From: an uncultured Acidobacteriota bacterium
GTDB lineage: Bacteria > Acidobacteriota > Blastocatellia > RBC074
Direction: 5' to 3'
Assembly: GCA_963796275.1 (NCBI GenBank)
Contig: CAWCKY010000006.1
Coordinates: forward strand, 1,664,001-1,728,000
DNA: 64,000 nt
Positions within the stretch are counted from its first letter, which is position 1, and each line of letters opens with the position of its first letter. Position numbers and translations under genes: made by a program. Of the stretch, positions 40,245 through 48,731 are shown piece by piece. A model generated the notes under the pieces. That model made no database searches. It was not told the origin of the DNA and was given only the letters and a program-made list of their open reading frames with translations.

Positions 40245-40724
40245 ATGAACCGTACGGTGTTGGGCGACTGCATGATGCAAGAACAAATCGCAAGAACCAA
40301 AAAGCGCCTGAATGAATTGGCGGATGAAATCCTCAGCCCGAATTATGGTCGCTCTCAGCCAATCCGTGAATGGGGCGGGGCAGATGTTGTGATTACATCT
40401 CCCCAGCCCTGGCCGCCAGGTGAGTGTTTTTACCCAGAGCCTCGCTATGTGGTAACACTGAATGCGAAACCCCTCAGTAGGCTCTTCTACGACTTACGTG
40501 ACGCATTTCTAGAGCTGCTCGATCGTAGTTCGAAGATTGAGTTCTATGACCGCCTGGCGATGGCTGCCTTGAATTATCAAGAAGGCCTCCGTGGTGAACC
40601 CGAAGATACGGCTGAGTTGCTCAATATTGTTTGCCAGGAAGCGCAGGCAATGTTGGTGCAGATGGAGCAGGGGATCTTTCCTGGCTGGCAGTGGCGCTGG
40701 GAGGAATCATCCGTGCTGTTTTAG
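40245..40724 (+). CDS. Hypothetical protein
   Basis: AAGGA RBS 8 bp before ATG 40245; plausible amino-acid composition; no family recognised. Confidence 0.6.
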   Translation: MNRTVLGDCMMQEQIARTKKRLNELADEILSPNYGRSQPIREWGGADVVITSPQPWPPGECFYPEPRYVVTLNAKPLSRLFYDLRDAFLELLDRSSKIEFYDRLAMAALNYQEGLRGEPEDTAELLNIVCQEAQAMLVQMEQGIFPGWQWRWEESSVLF

Positions 40725-41181
40725 TCGAAGCAGGTGCGAATTAAGTGGTGACGAGGCCGTCAGTTTGCTTCGTTCGTTCTATATCAAAAGCCCACTCACC
40801 GCCGAGCCGCAGATGACCTCAGCAGAGGTAGCGCAGAGGGGTTTAACCAGTGCCTCAGTCATTCTCTGTGTTCCCCTGTGTTCTCTGCGCCTCGGCGATG
40901 AGTGGGTTTTGAAAGTCAGGCGAAACTTTGCAGATCGCATACAAACAAATAAGATGTGTGCATGGGCAATGTAAAAACACGGACAAAACGATTATTCGGC
41001 GGTGACGATGACGAGCCAGACTATTGGTCTTATCTCGAATTTCTAATCCTTCTGATACTTTTCGGAGCCGCAATTCTAAGATTCTCGTGAACGTATCCTG
41101 TATTCACGAGAAGAGTGCGCAGACACGTGTTTGGCCAAGTCAGCCACGCTCTTGAAATGAACCTAGTATGCGGGACAGCCC

Positions 41182-41670
41182 CTAGTTGGAAGTCACGCGT
41201 CGTACTCTATCTTTAATCTCGTTAACCAGCTCTTCGAGCGAATCGACCTGAACTATCCCAAAGCGCTCGCAAACCACGTCAACATTCGTCTTTCTCCAAA
41301 AACCAATCGGGCAGCAAACAACGGCCTGCTTTTGCCGAGCGATCAGTCCAAGCTCGAGAAGCGAGATCGGTGATTTTGTTCCCGGAGCGAAATAGAACGC
41401 CATGAGGTCTGACCGCTCGATGGCGTCGAGTTCCCAATTGATCTGCCAGCGTATTTCTTCCGGTTCTGATTCGAGGGATTTGCCCGGAGTCCACGTGGCT
41501 CTTCTGGGATTGAACACCACGACATCCAGATCTCTCAGGCGATCTACAATCAGGGATTGCCAATCCTCTGCCATTCCGACCTCGATCGAACCAGCCAGAA
41601 ACAGGCGCATGGCTGCTGATGATGCTGACGATGCCACATCTATACTGTTCGGGGATTGCACATACCACAT
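41182..41670 (-). CDS. Nucleoside 2-deoxyribosyltransferase-like protein
   Basis: FLAGSI..DWQ..VFNPRR..QINWEL..SPISLLELG..CP.GFWR..NV. Confidence 0.85.
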   Translation of the reverse strand: MWYVQSPNSIDVASSASSAAMRLFLAGSIEVGMAEDWQSLIVDRLRDLDVVVFNPRRATWTPGKSLESEPEEIRWQINWELDAIERSDLMAFYFAPGTKSPISLLELGLIARQKQAVVCCPIGFWRKTNVDVVCERFGIVQVDSLEELVNEIKDRVRRVTSN

Positions 41671-41706
41671 ATTGATCTCTCAATGGTGAAACGCTTTGTT
41701 ATCAGT

Positions 41707-41728
41707 TCTCTCTCTCTCTCTCTCTCTC
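41707..41728. repeat. (TC)11 dinucleotide microsatellite
   Basis: tctctctctctctctctctctc in the divergent intergenic region. Confidence 0.9.
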
Positions 41729-41893
41729 TTACACGAAGCATTTCGCGAATAATCGCGCTAGACTGACAATCTAAAACGAAACATGCGAGATTGGAACCGA
41801 AGCAACCCGGATTTTTCACGGATGCGATGGATAGTCGCTGATTATCCGTGTTGACCTGTCGCAATGCGGTGGTGCTCGGTATAGGAGCTCAAA

Positions 41894-42394
41894 ATGATTG
41901 ATTCCCTGATCGATGTTATGAAAGAGAGCGATTGGGAGCAGGTACGTTCAATCTATCTCGAAGGTATCGCTACCGGTGATGCCACCTTTGAAACAGATGC
42001 CCCGCCGTGGGAGAAGTGGGACGCGGCCCATCTGCCCGAGTGCCGCCTCGTCGCAAGGTCGGTCGATACCCTGAAAGGATGGGCGGCGCTCAGTCAGGTC
42101 TCCAGCCGGTGTGTCTATGCCGGCGTGGCCGAAGTCAGCGTATACATTGGACAGCGTTACAGAGGTGAGGGGCTTGGTCGCGCTCTGATGATGGCTCTCA
42201 TTGCCGCATCGGAGAAGAACGGATTATGGACGCTTCAGGCCAGCATCTTTCCCGAAAACAGAGCCAGCATCGATCTGCACAAACGTTGCGGTTTCCGCGA
42301 ATTGGGCAGGCGTGAACGGATCGGCAAGATGGACGGCCGTTGGCGCGATACGGTGTTGCTCGAACGGCGAAGCAGCATCGTTGGGATTGTTTGA
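41894..42394 (+). CDS. GNAT N-acetyltransferase, phosphinothricin/methionine-sulfoximine acetyltransferase-like
   Basis: IY.EGI.TG.ATFET, SRCVYAGVAEVSVY, RGEGLG, IFPENRAS..LH..GFR. Confidence 0.9.
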   Translation: MIDSLIDVMKESDWEQVRSIYLEGIATGDATFETDAPPWEKWDAAHLPECRLVARSVDTLKGWAALSQVSSRCVYAGVAEVSVYIGQRYRGEGLGRALMMALIAASEKNGLWTLQASIFPENRASIDLHKRCGFRELGRRERIGKMDGRWRDTVLLERRSSIVGIV

Positions 42395-42409
42395 TTGCCA
42401 TAGTGACTA

Positions 42410-42507
42410 TTCATCGTTCATTGTTCATTTTACATTTTACATTTGTCATTGAAGATCGCGGTTCTACCAATAACAAATGTAAATTGTAAAATGTAAAATG
42501 AACGATG
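42410..42507. repeat. Heptamer-repeat palindrome (CATTTGT/ACAAATG family)
   Basis: ttcatcgttcattgttcattttacattttacatttgtcattg ... caataacaaatgtaaattgtaaaatgtaaaatgaacgatg. Confidence 0.8.
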
Positions 42508-42792
42508 AATCTCTTTCAGCATATGGACACAGATCTAGAACTGATGACGCGCGAGCAGCTTGTTGCGGAAGTTAAGATGCTGCGGAATGGCATCCGCCAG
42601 CACCGCGACAGCACTAAACACGAATTGTGCTGGCATCACCCGGCGCTCTGGGGGTTGTTGCCGGAAAAGACCGACCCGATCCCTGTCGTGCCGGATTGGC
42701 CGCAATTCCTTCGAGGGTGTATTCAGTACCGGTTGTCTCTCGATGAGCAAGCGCCCGATGCGCCGCGAACTCAGGAACCTTTTAAAAGTTAG
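42505..42792 (+). CDS. Conserved small hypothetical protein (CWHHP..WGLLPE..WPQFLRGC)
   Basis: Coiled N-terminus plus His/Cys-containing motif seen in uncharacterised bacterial proteins; start may be ATG 42523. Confidence 0.7.
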   Translation: MNLFQHMDTDLELMTREQLVAEVKMLRNGIRQHRDSTKHELCWHHPALWGLLPEKTDPIPVVPDWPQFLRGCIQYRLSLDEQAPDAPRTQEPFKS

Positions 42793-42855
42793 ATCTGCTC
42801 ATATCAGCTCATAGGCGTACCATCCAATCTGATATGGCAGATCTGCATAAATTCC

Positions 42856-42884
42856 TTGACACCCGTTCGGGTGATCTTCATACT
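42856..42884 (+). promoter_or_regulatory. Sigma-70 promoter for the MetE-like operon
   Basis: TTGACA-17 bp-CATACT. Confidence 0.65.
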
Positions 42885-42974
42885 TCGATTTCCGGAAAAC
42901 AGTACTGAAAAAATGGGCATCACGACGCTAAGCCGTAGCCGGGCTTGGATAAGTTTTTTATCTACAATTGAATT

Positions 42975-43979
42975 ATGACTGACCAGATCAAGACAACCGT
43001 AGTCGGGAGCTATCCGGTTCCGTCCTGGCTCATCGGCAATACTTCGCGCCTCGTTTTGCGCGATGCCGTGATGGTGGTTCTCAAGACCCAGGAGTTAGCC
43101 GGTCTCGACCTGATCGCCGATGGCGAGCTATCGCGTTTCGATCCGAGCCATCCCGAAACAAACGGCATGATCGACTACTTTGTGGGGCAGATGGAGGGCA
43201 TCCGGAAGCGCTTTTCGTTGGCTGAGCTCCAGCATTTTTATCACGACCGCGGCCTCGGGTATCGGTCGCTCCCGGCCGGCATGGTGATCAGCAAAGTCGA
43301 AGCGGGCACGTTGAATCTGGCCAAGGACTATGAGACGGTACGAGCGCTCACCTCGCTCCCACTCAAGTTCACCTGCACGGGGCCCCACATGTTGTCGCGC
43401 GTGCTCATCGATTGCTATTACAAGGAGCGAGCGGATCTGGCCATGGATATCGCTCAGGTGCTGCGCTGCCAGATGGAGTCGGTCGAGGCTGACGTGGTCC
43501 AGTTGGATGAGGCGAACATCGCCGGACATCCCGAAGACACAGTCTGGGCCGCCGATGCGATCAATTATGTGCTCGACGCCGTCCCCAACGAGACGGCTGT
43601 CCACATCTGTTTCGGGAACTATGGAGGACAGACGATTCAGCGCGGGTTCTGGCGCGACCTCATCCCATTTCTCAATAAGTTACACGCCGATCACCTGGTG
43701 CTGGAATTCGCGCGACGAGGATACGATGAGCTGGAAGTTTTTCGCGATCTTCACCCCAACATTCGCCTCGGCATCGGGGTCGTGGACATAAAGGACAATG
43801 AAATCGAGAGCCCGCAACTCATCGCCGCACGCATCGAGACGATCGTCAGGACGGTGGGTGAGGGCCGTCTCAAATACATCCATCCGGACTGTGGCTTTTG
43901 GATGCTCCATCGGAGCGTCGTCGACCGAAAGATGCGCGCGCTCGTCGAGGGGCGCGATCTATTCGAGGGCCGTCCCTGA
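42975..43979 (+). CDS. Core (single-domain) cobalamin-independent methionine synthase II family protein
   Basis: TTVVGSYP, QELAGLD..ADGE, Zn ligands HICFGN..E..PDCG. Confidence 0.88.
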   Translation: MTDQIKTTVVGSYPVPSWLIGNTSRLVLRDAVMVVLKTQELAGLDLIADGELSRFDPSHPETNGMIDYFVGQMEGIRKRFSLAELQHFYHDRGLGYRSLPAGMVISKVEAGTLNLAKDYETVRALTSLPLKFTCTGPHMLSRVLIDCYYKERADLAMDIAQVLRCQMESVEADVVQLDEANIAGHPEDTVWAADAINYVLDAVPNETAVHICFGNYGGQTIQRGFWRDLIPFLNKLHADHLVLEFARRGYDELEVFRDLHPNIRLGIGVVDIKDNEIESPQLIAARIETIVRTVGEGRLKYIHPDCGFWMLHRSVVDRKMRALVEGRDLFEGRP

Positions 43980-43980
43980 G

Positions 43981-44077
43981 CATTTGTCATTGTTCAATTG
44001 TCAATTGTCATTGAGGGAACGCGACTTAACAAATGACAAATGACAAATGACAAATGAACAATGACAAATGGAAAATG
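43981..44077. repeat. Heptamer-repeat palindrome overlapping the next start codon
   Basis: catttgtcattgttcaattgtcaattgtcatt ... acaaatgacaaatgacaaatgacaaatgaacaatgacaaatg. Confidence 0.8.
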
Positions 44078-45792
44078 AACCGATGTCTACCCAGGTTGAA
44101 AAAGTCGCTCCCCCGGAAGAAGAGCCGACCAGTGTCGAAAAGGTTGTTGTACGCACCGTGGTTTTTCAGCACCTGGCCGGCATCGTCCTGGCCCCCGTCA
44201 TTAAAGCGCTCGCGGATCGCGGCGTCTTTGCGATGCTGGGCGACGCTCCGGATGATGGCATAACTCTGAGCGAGATCGTGCAGCGGACCCGCGGAAATCG
44301 CGGTTATCTGCGTGTCGCTCTCCGTCTGCTCGTCTCCTGCGGTTGGATGCAACAAACGGGGCAAACGGGGCAAACGGGGCGATTTGACGCGAATGTTAGT
44401 AATGACTCTTATGATGCCCGATATGCGCTGACCCAAGAGGGCAAAATTGCGGTTTGGCTCGCTCCTCTCTACGGCGAAGTAGTCTCTTTCATCCCGAAGG
44501 CTCTCTTCCTCGACGATTTTCTATTTGGAAACTCCGACAGAGCCGTCCTTCCGCATCTTCAGGATCTCGTCCGTCGCGCCCGCGAACGCTGGAGCATTTA
44601 CACGGAAGGCGAGACGACGGCCGCCAAAGTCCATCGACAGACGGTTCGTTATCTGGACGGGATGCTCTTCGGGCCGGTGATGGTGGCGCTGGCGCGTGAG
44701 GGTATCTTCCGGCGCCTCGATGGTGCGACCGATGGTTTCGATCTGAGAGATCTTCCGGGAAATCCACGCTGCCTGGCGAGCGCATTCGATCTGCTTGCGC
44801 TGCAGGGGTGGATCGTGCGGGAGCAGAACCGCCTGCGAATGACGCCGGCTGGCCGATATGCCGCGCAGATCGCGACTTCGTATGGGGTTACTGTCTCGTA
44901 TTTACCGCTTTTCAACATGCTCGGCACGCTGTTATTCGGCAATGCGAAAATACCGCGGATCGATGAATCCGGCGGAGAGCTTATGGTCAATCGTGGAATG
45001 AACGTATGGGGCAGCGGAGGCGCGCACAACACATACTTCAAGAAGAGCGACGAGATCATCGTCGAGTTGTTCAATCGCCCCCTTGATCAGCAACCCCAGG
45101 GTATTTGTGATATGGGCTGCGGCGATGGTTCATTGCTCGATCATGTCTACACGATCGTCAAATCAGAAACGATTCGGGGGCGCTCGCTGGGCACCCACCC
45201 GCTTCTGCTCATCGGAGCCGACGTCAGCAAAGTTGCGCGCCGGATCACCAAGCAAAGACTGCGACAGGCGGGCGTCCCCGACTTTTATGTGATCCGCGGC
45301 GACATCAACCGCCCCGCCTATCTGGCGAACGAACTGGAGCAATTGGGGTTGGACATCCACAATCTTCTGCACGTTCGATCTTTTCTCGATCACAATCGCC
45401 CTTATCTTCCGCCCGCTAATTACATGCGCGGATCGCGCGCGGCGCGATCTACCGGTGCTTTCGCGTATCTCGGCGAGGAGATACCGGCGGACGAATTGGA
45501 AGAGAATCTGGCGCGCCACCTCCGTCGCTGGGCGCCGTACGTCGGGAGGTTCGGCTTGCTCGTGATGGAGCTTCACACGCTACCTCCGGCTGTGACAGCG
45601 GCTAATCTAGATCGGACGCTGGCTGTCGCATACGATGCTACTCATGGGTTTTCCGATCAATACCTGATCGAGCTCGATGTGTTTCTCGCATGCGCGCGTG
45701 AAGCGGGATTGGTGGCCGATGCGAGATTCCAGGCTATGTTTCCGCCTTCGGATCTAGCTACTGTAAGCGTCAATTTTTTTACGGCTTCTTAG
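44068..45792 (+). CDS. Stand-alone class I SAM-dependent methyltransferase, AprA MT1/SxtA-MT-like (metal-dependent type)
   Basis: Helical N-terminal lid; R.MNVWGSGGAH..YF; SAM motif DMGCGDG; GDI..P; LHVRSFLDH and ATHGFSDQY (His...His-x4-Gln). Confidence 0.78.
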   Translation: MENEPMSTQVEKVAPPEEEPTSVEKVVVRTVVFQHLAGIVLAPVIKALADRGVFAMLGDAPDDGITLSEIVQRTRGNRGYLRVALRLLVSCGWMQQTGQTGQTGRFDANVSNDSYDARYALTQEGKIAVWLAPLYGEVVSFIPKALFLDDFLFGNSDRAVLPHLQDLVRRARERWSIYTEGETTAAKVHRQTVRYLDGMLFGPVMVALAREGIFRRLDGATDGFDLRDLPGNPRCLASAFDLLALQGWIVREQNRLRMTPAGRYAAQIATSYGVTVSYLPLFNMLGTLLFGNAKIPRIDESGGELMVNRGMNVWGSGGAHNTYFKKSDEIIVELFNRPLDQQPQGICDMGCGDGSLLDHVYTIVKSETIRGRSLGTHPLLLIGADVSKVARRITKQRLRQAGVPDFYVIRGDINRPAYLANELEQLGLDIHNLLHVRSFLDHNRPYLPPANYMRGSRAARSTGAFAYLGEEIPADELEENLARHLRRWAPYVGRFGLLVMELHTLPPAVTAANLDRTLAVAYDATHGFSDQYLIELDVFLACAREAGLVADARFQAMFPPSDLATVSVNFFTAS

Positions 45793-45857
45793 CCAAATCT
45801 TCACAATATACAGAGAGGAAATCTTCAAATCTCAAATTTGAGTATCTAAATCTAAAA

Positions 45858-46694
45858 ATGCGTGCTATCGATATTCATATACATGTCCCGGAACCGCAGG
45901 GCAATCACGGAAACCAGGAGATGGAAAATATGGCCGGGTATTTCAAGGCGGGTGAAATAGCCCACTCGCCCGCTCAAATGTATGAAAAGTACAGGGCGTT
46001 GGATATTTTCGGAGTCATCTTCTCGATTGATTCGGAGACCCATCAGGGAGGCCGCTTTGTTGGCAATGATTATGTGGCTGACGTTGTCAGAAGCTACCCC
46101 AACCAGTTTCTGGGGTTCGCCTCGGTAGACCCGTGGAAGGGGGCGCTGGCCGTTAAAGAGTTGGAGCGAGCCGTGAAAGAATTGGGACTGCGTGGGCTCA
46201 AGCTCCACCCGATCGCTCAGGCATTCTTTCCGAATGACACGCGCTTCTATCCGCTGTGGGAAAAATGCCAGGAGCTTGGCGTCCCCCTCATATCACATAC
46301 GGGACAAACCGGAGTCGGCGCGGGCAAACCGGGCGGTGGCGGATTTAAGCTCAAGTATGCTCATCCGCTTCATCTCGATGACGTGGCCGCTGATTTTCCC
46401 GACCTGATAATTATCATGGCCCACCCGGCAGTGCCCTGGCAGGAAGAACAACTTGCCGTAGCTATGCACAAGGCCAACGTCTACATCGACCTGTCGGGTT
46501 GGTCGCCCAAGTACTTCAGACCGGTCCTGGTTCAATACGCGAACAGTATTCTTCAGGATAAAGTCATGTTCGGGTCCGATTATCCGGTGCTTCAACCTGA
46601 ACGCTGGCTCAAGGACTTCGAGACCATAGCGATAAAAGAGGAAGTGCGCCATAAAATTTTACTCGAGAACGCTCGCAAGCTTCTTAAGATATGA
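45858..46694 (+). CDS. Amidohydrolase family 2 protein, CouO (aryl-beta-ketoacyl-CoA hydrolase)-like
   Basis: IDIHIH, GLKLHP..Q.F.PND, HTGQTG.GAG.PGG.G, AHPAVPW, DLSGWSPKYF, FGSDYP. Confidence 0.85.
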   Translation: MRAIDIHIHVPEPQGNHGNQEMENMAGYFKAGEIAHSPAQMYEKYRALDIFGVIFSIDSETHQGGRFVGNDYVADVVRSYPNQFLGFASVDPWKGALAVKELERAVKELGLRGLKLHPIAQAFFPNDTRFYPLWEKCQELGVPLISHTGQTGVGAGKPGGGGFKLKYAHPLHLDDVAADFPDLIIIMAHPAVPWQEEQLAVAMHKANVYIDLSGWSPKYFRPVLVQYANSILQDKVMFGSDYPVLQPERWLKDFETIAIKEEVRHKILLENARKLLKI

Positions 46695-46759
46695 ATGCAA
46701 GGTAGCAGCTTACCAAATTTGCAATTTCAGCCGCATTCGCGGCAATTTGGCTACTGCCC

Positions 46760-47033
46760 CGGAGCCTGCCGAGGCGCTCTTTCACGGCCGTGAAACCATA
46801 TGAAGTCGTATCCAGCCCCAACTGACATTGCAGACTGGCGCATACGGTGAAAGGTATTGCTTGGCATCCAGCGCGGCGACCTTTATATTTTAGACATCCC
46901 GAGTTCGAGGAAAGTGCTGAAAGAGATATTTGCCGAAATCCTGGCGGCATTGCCCGAGGGAGAGGCCTACCCTCGGCGCCTGGCTTTCGAGGAAGGGCGT
47001 CGTAAAGCGAAGGCTAACCTTGAGGTGTCATGA
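46760..47033 (+). pseudogene. Degraded C-terminal remnant, probably of an SDR oxidoreductase
   Basis: Frame-hopping peptides VLLGIQRGDLYIL / HPEFEE / LKEIFAEILAALPE..PRRLAFEEGRRKAK ending at a TGA overlapping the next ATG. Confidence 0.4.
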
Positions 47034-47992
47034 AACGCTTTCTGCAGATGATCATATCGGTCGCGTTGATTTGGTATCTGGGGGGGAGCCCTGTTCAATG
47101 TCAGGCGCGCGAGCCAGTGCAACAGCCGGAGACGATCAGAGTCGATACATCATTGGTGACGGTACCGGTGACAGTGACGGACAGCGATGGCCGTTTCGTG
47201 ACAGGGCTGACGCGGACGGATTTCCTGATATCCGAGGACGGCAGAGCCCAGGAAATAGCAACATTCATGGCCACCGATGCACCCTTCAGCGTCGCACTAC
47301 TGATTGATACCAGCCGCAGCACGCTCGAGAATCTGGAGTTGATCCGCAATGCAGCGATCGGATTCATCAAACAGTTACAGCCACAGGATCGAGTTCTGAT
47401 TGTAACATTTGATGAAAAGGTCAACTTTCTCGGCGACTTCACCAGCGATCGCGGCCAACTCCAGCGCATGATCAAACGCATCAGGAGCAACTATTTGACT
47501 CGGATTTACGACGCAATCTCGCTCACGATCAACGATAAGCTCATGCCTATCAAGGGTCGCAAAGCCATTGTCGTCTTCAGCGATGGGGTAGACACGTTGA
47601 GTGGGCAGGCTACCTATGAGAGCACGCTCGAACTGGTAGCGCGCTCCGGCATTCCGGTTTATGCGGTGCAATACAGGGCTCCCATCTACCCCGACCAGCG
47701 TGATCGAATGCTGGCGCAGATCGAACGGCAGCGCACTGCCATCAAATTTCTCCGTGCGCTTGCGCAAATATCCGGCGCACGACCTATGCAGGCTGATCTG
47801 ATAGCGAACGCAATACAGACCTTCGCGCTCATCGCGGATGAGCTACGCCATCAATACACGTTGGAATATTACTCGACCAACGATCAGCGCGATGGCAGTT
47901 ATCGCTCGATCGCGGTGAGCCTCAAACGAAATGACCTGACAGTACGCACGCGGCGGGGCTATACAGCCGCCCCCAAGGCCGATACCCGGTGA
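47030..47992 (+). CDS. VWA domain protein, Acidobacterial type
   Basis: IRVDTSLVTVPV.V.D..GRFV.GL, MIDAS DTSRS, T.IYDA, FSDGVD, ELRHQYTL.Y, RTRRGY. Confidence 0.9.
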   Translation: MKRFLQMIISVALIWYLGGSPVQCQAREPVQQPETIRVDTSLVTVPVTVTDSDGRFVTGLTRTDFLISEDGRAQEIATFMATDAPFSVALLIDTSRSTLENLELIRNAAIGFIKQLQPQDRVLIVTFDEKVNFLGDFTSDRGQLQRMIKRIRSNYLTRIYDAISLTINDKLMPIKGRKAIVVFSDGVDTLSGQATYESTLELVARSGIPVYAVQYRAPIYPDQRDRMLAQIERQRTAIKFLRALAQISGARPMQADLIANAIQTFALIADELRHQYTLEYYSTNDQRDGSYRSIAVSLKRNDLTVRTRRGYTAAPKADTR

Positions 47993-48054
47993 GCTGAATA
48001 GGCGGCAAAAAGGGTTTAAACAAATGCCTCGCCGCCGAGTATGGTTTGGTATAG

Positions 48055-48540
48055 AGTGTGATAACTATCACGGTTTTGCCACTCGGAGCGTTTGTTGGTA
48101 GCATACCGCTGAACGACTTGCCAGAAAGGGGTGCCGCGATGTTAATTTACGCGTCTCTTACCTGGCAGAGATCGTCTCCTTGCCGGCCTCCGTATCATTC
48201 CCCCTGATGCCGAATCCGCATCAGCTATTGCTGTTTCTGAGCTCGGACTCTTCTGTCTGTCCTGGCTTGTGGGGGCCGATGAATGCCGCGCTTCAGATCA
48301 TCACTCCCAATCAGATGCGTGGTCAGATTACAAACGCTCTACCTGTTCATTTTCAACATCATCGGATTCGGATTAGGTCCGACCGTTGTCGCGTTGTTTA
48401 CCGATTACGATTTCGGTGCCGAGAGCCAGATCGGATACTCCCTGTCCTCCGCTGCCGTTCCTTTGTCCTGCTGGGAGCGCTGGTTATCTGGCTGGCCTAA
48501 AGCTTTCAGCATCGCCCAGGCGAGGTCCTGGATTTGAGAG
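48055..48540 (+). pseudogene. C-terminal remnant of a spinster-like MFS transporter
   Basis: AALQIITPNQMRGQIT / LYLFIFNIIGFGLGPTVVALFTDY in different frames; N-terminal two-thirds absent. Confidence 0.75.
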
Positions 48541-48731
48541 GCGGGGTTTGAAGCTCCAAATCAATGGGTATGCGGATTTATAGAGAGCAAGAGAGTTTAT
48601 CCGCATCAATCCGCTTTATCCGCATCAGCTGATCCCCCATTGACTTGCCTTTGGTTAAATGTGTCCCGCCCTGATATCTGTCGCCCCACATCAACTAAGA
48701 ACAACCACCCGTTGTCTAAGGAGAAGAAAAA

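Noticed and set aside
10128-42913. Shared AGTACTGAAAAAA at 10128 and 42901 as a common operator
   Set aside because: Only two low-complexity copies and the second lacks the other half-site
42891-42974. SAM/SAH/cobalamin riboswitch before the MetE-like gene
   Set aside because: Only a short aagcc/ggctt hairpin; no recognisable riboswitch consensus; an Rfam search would be needed
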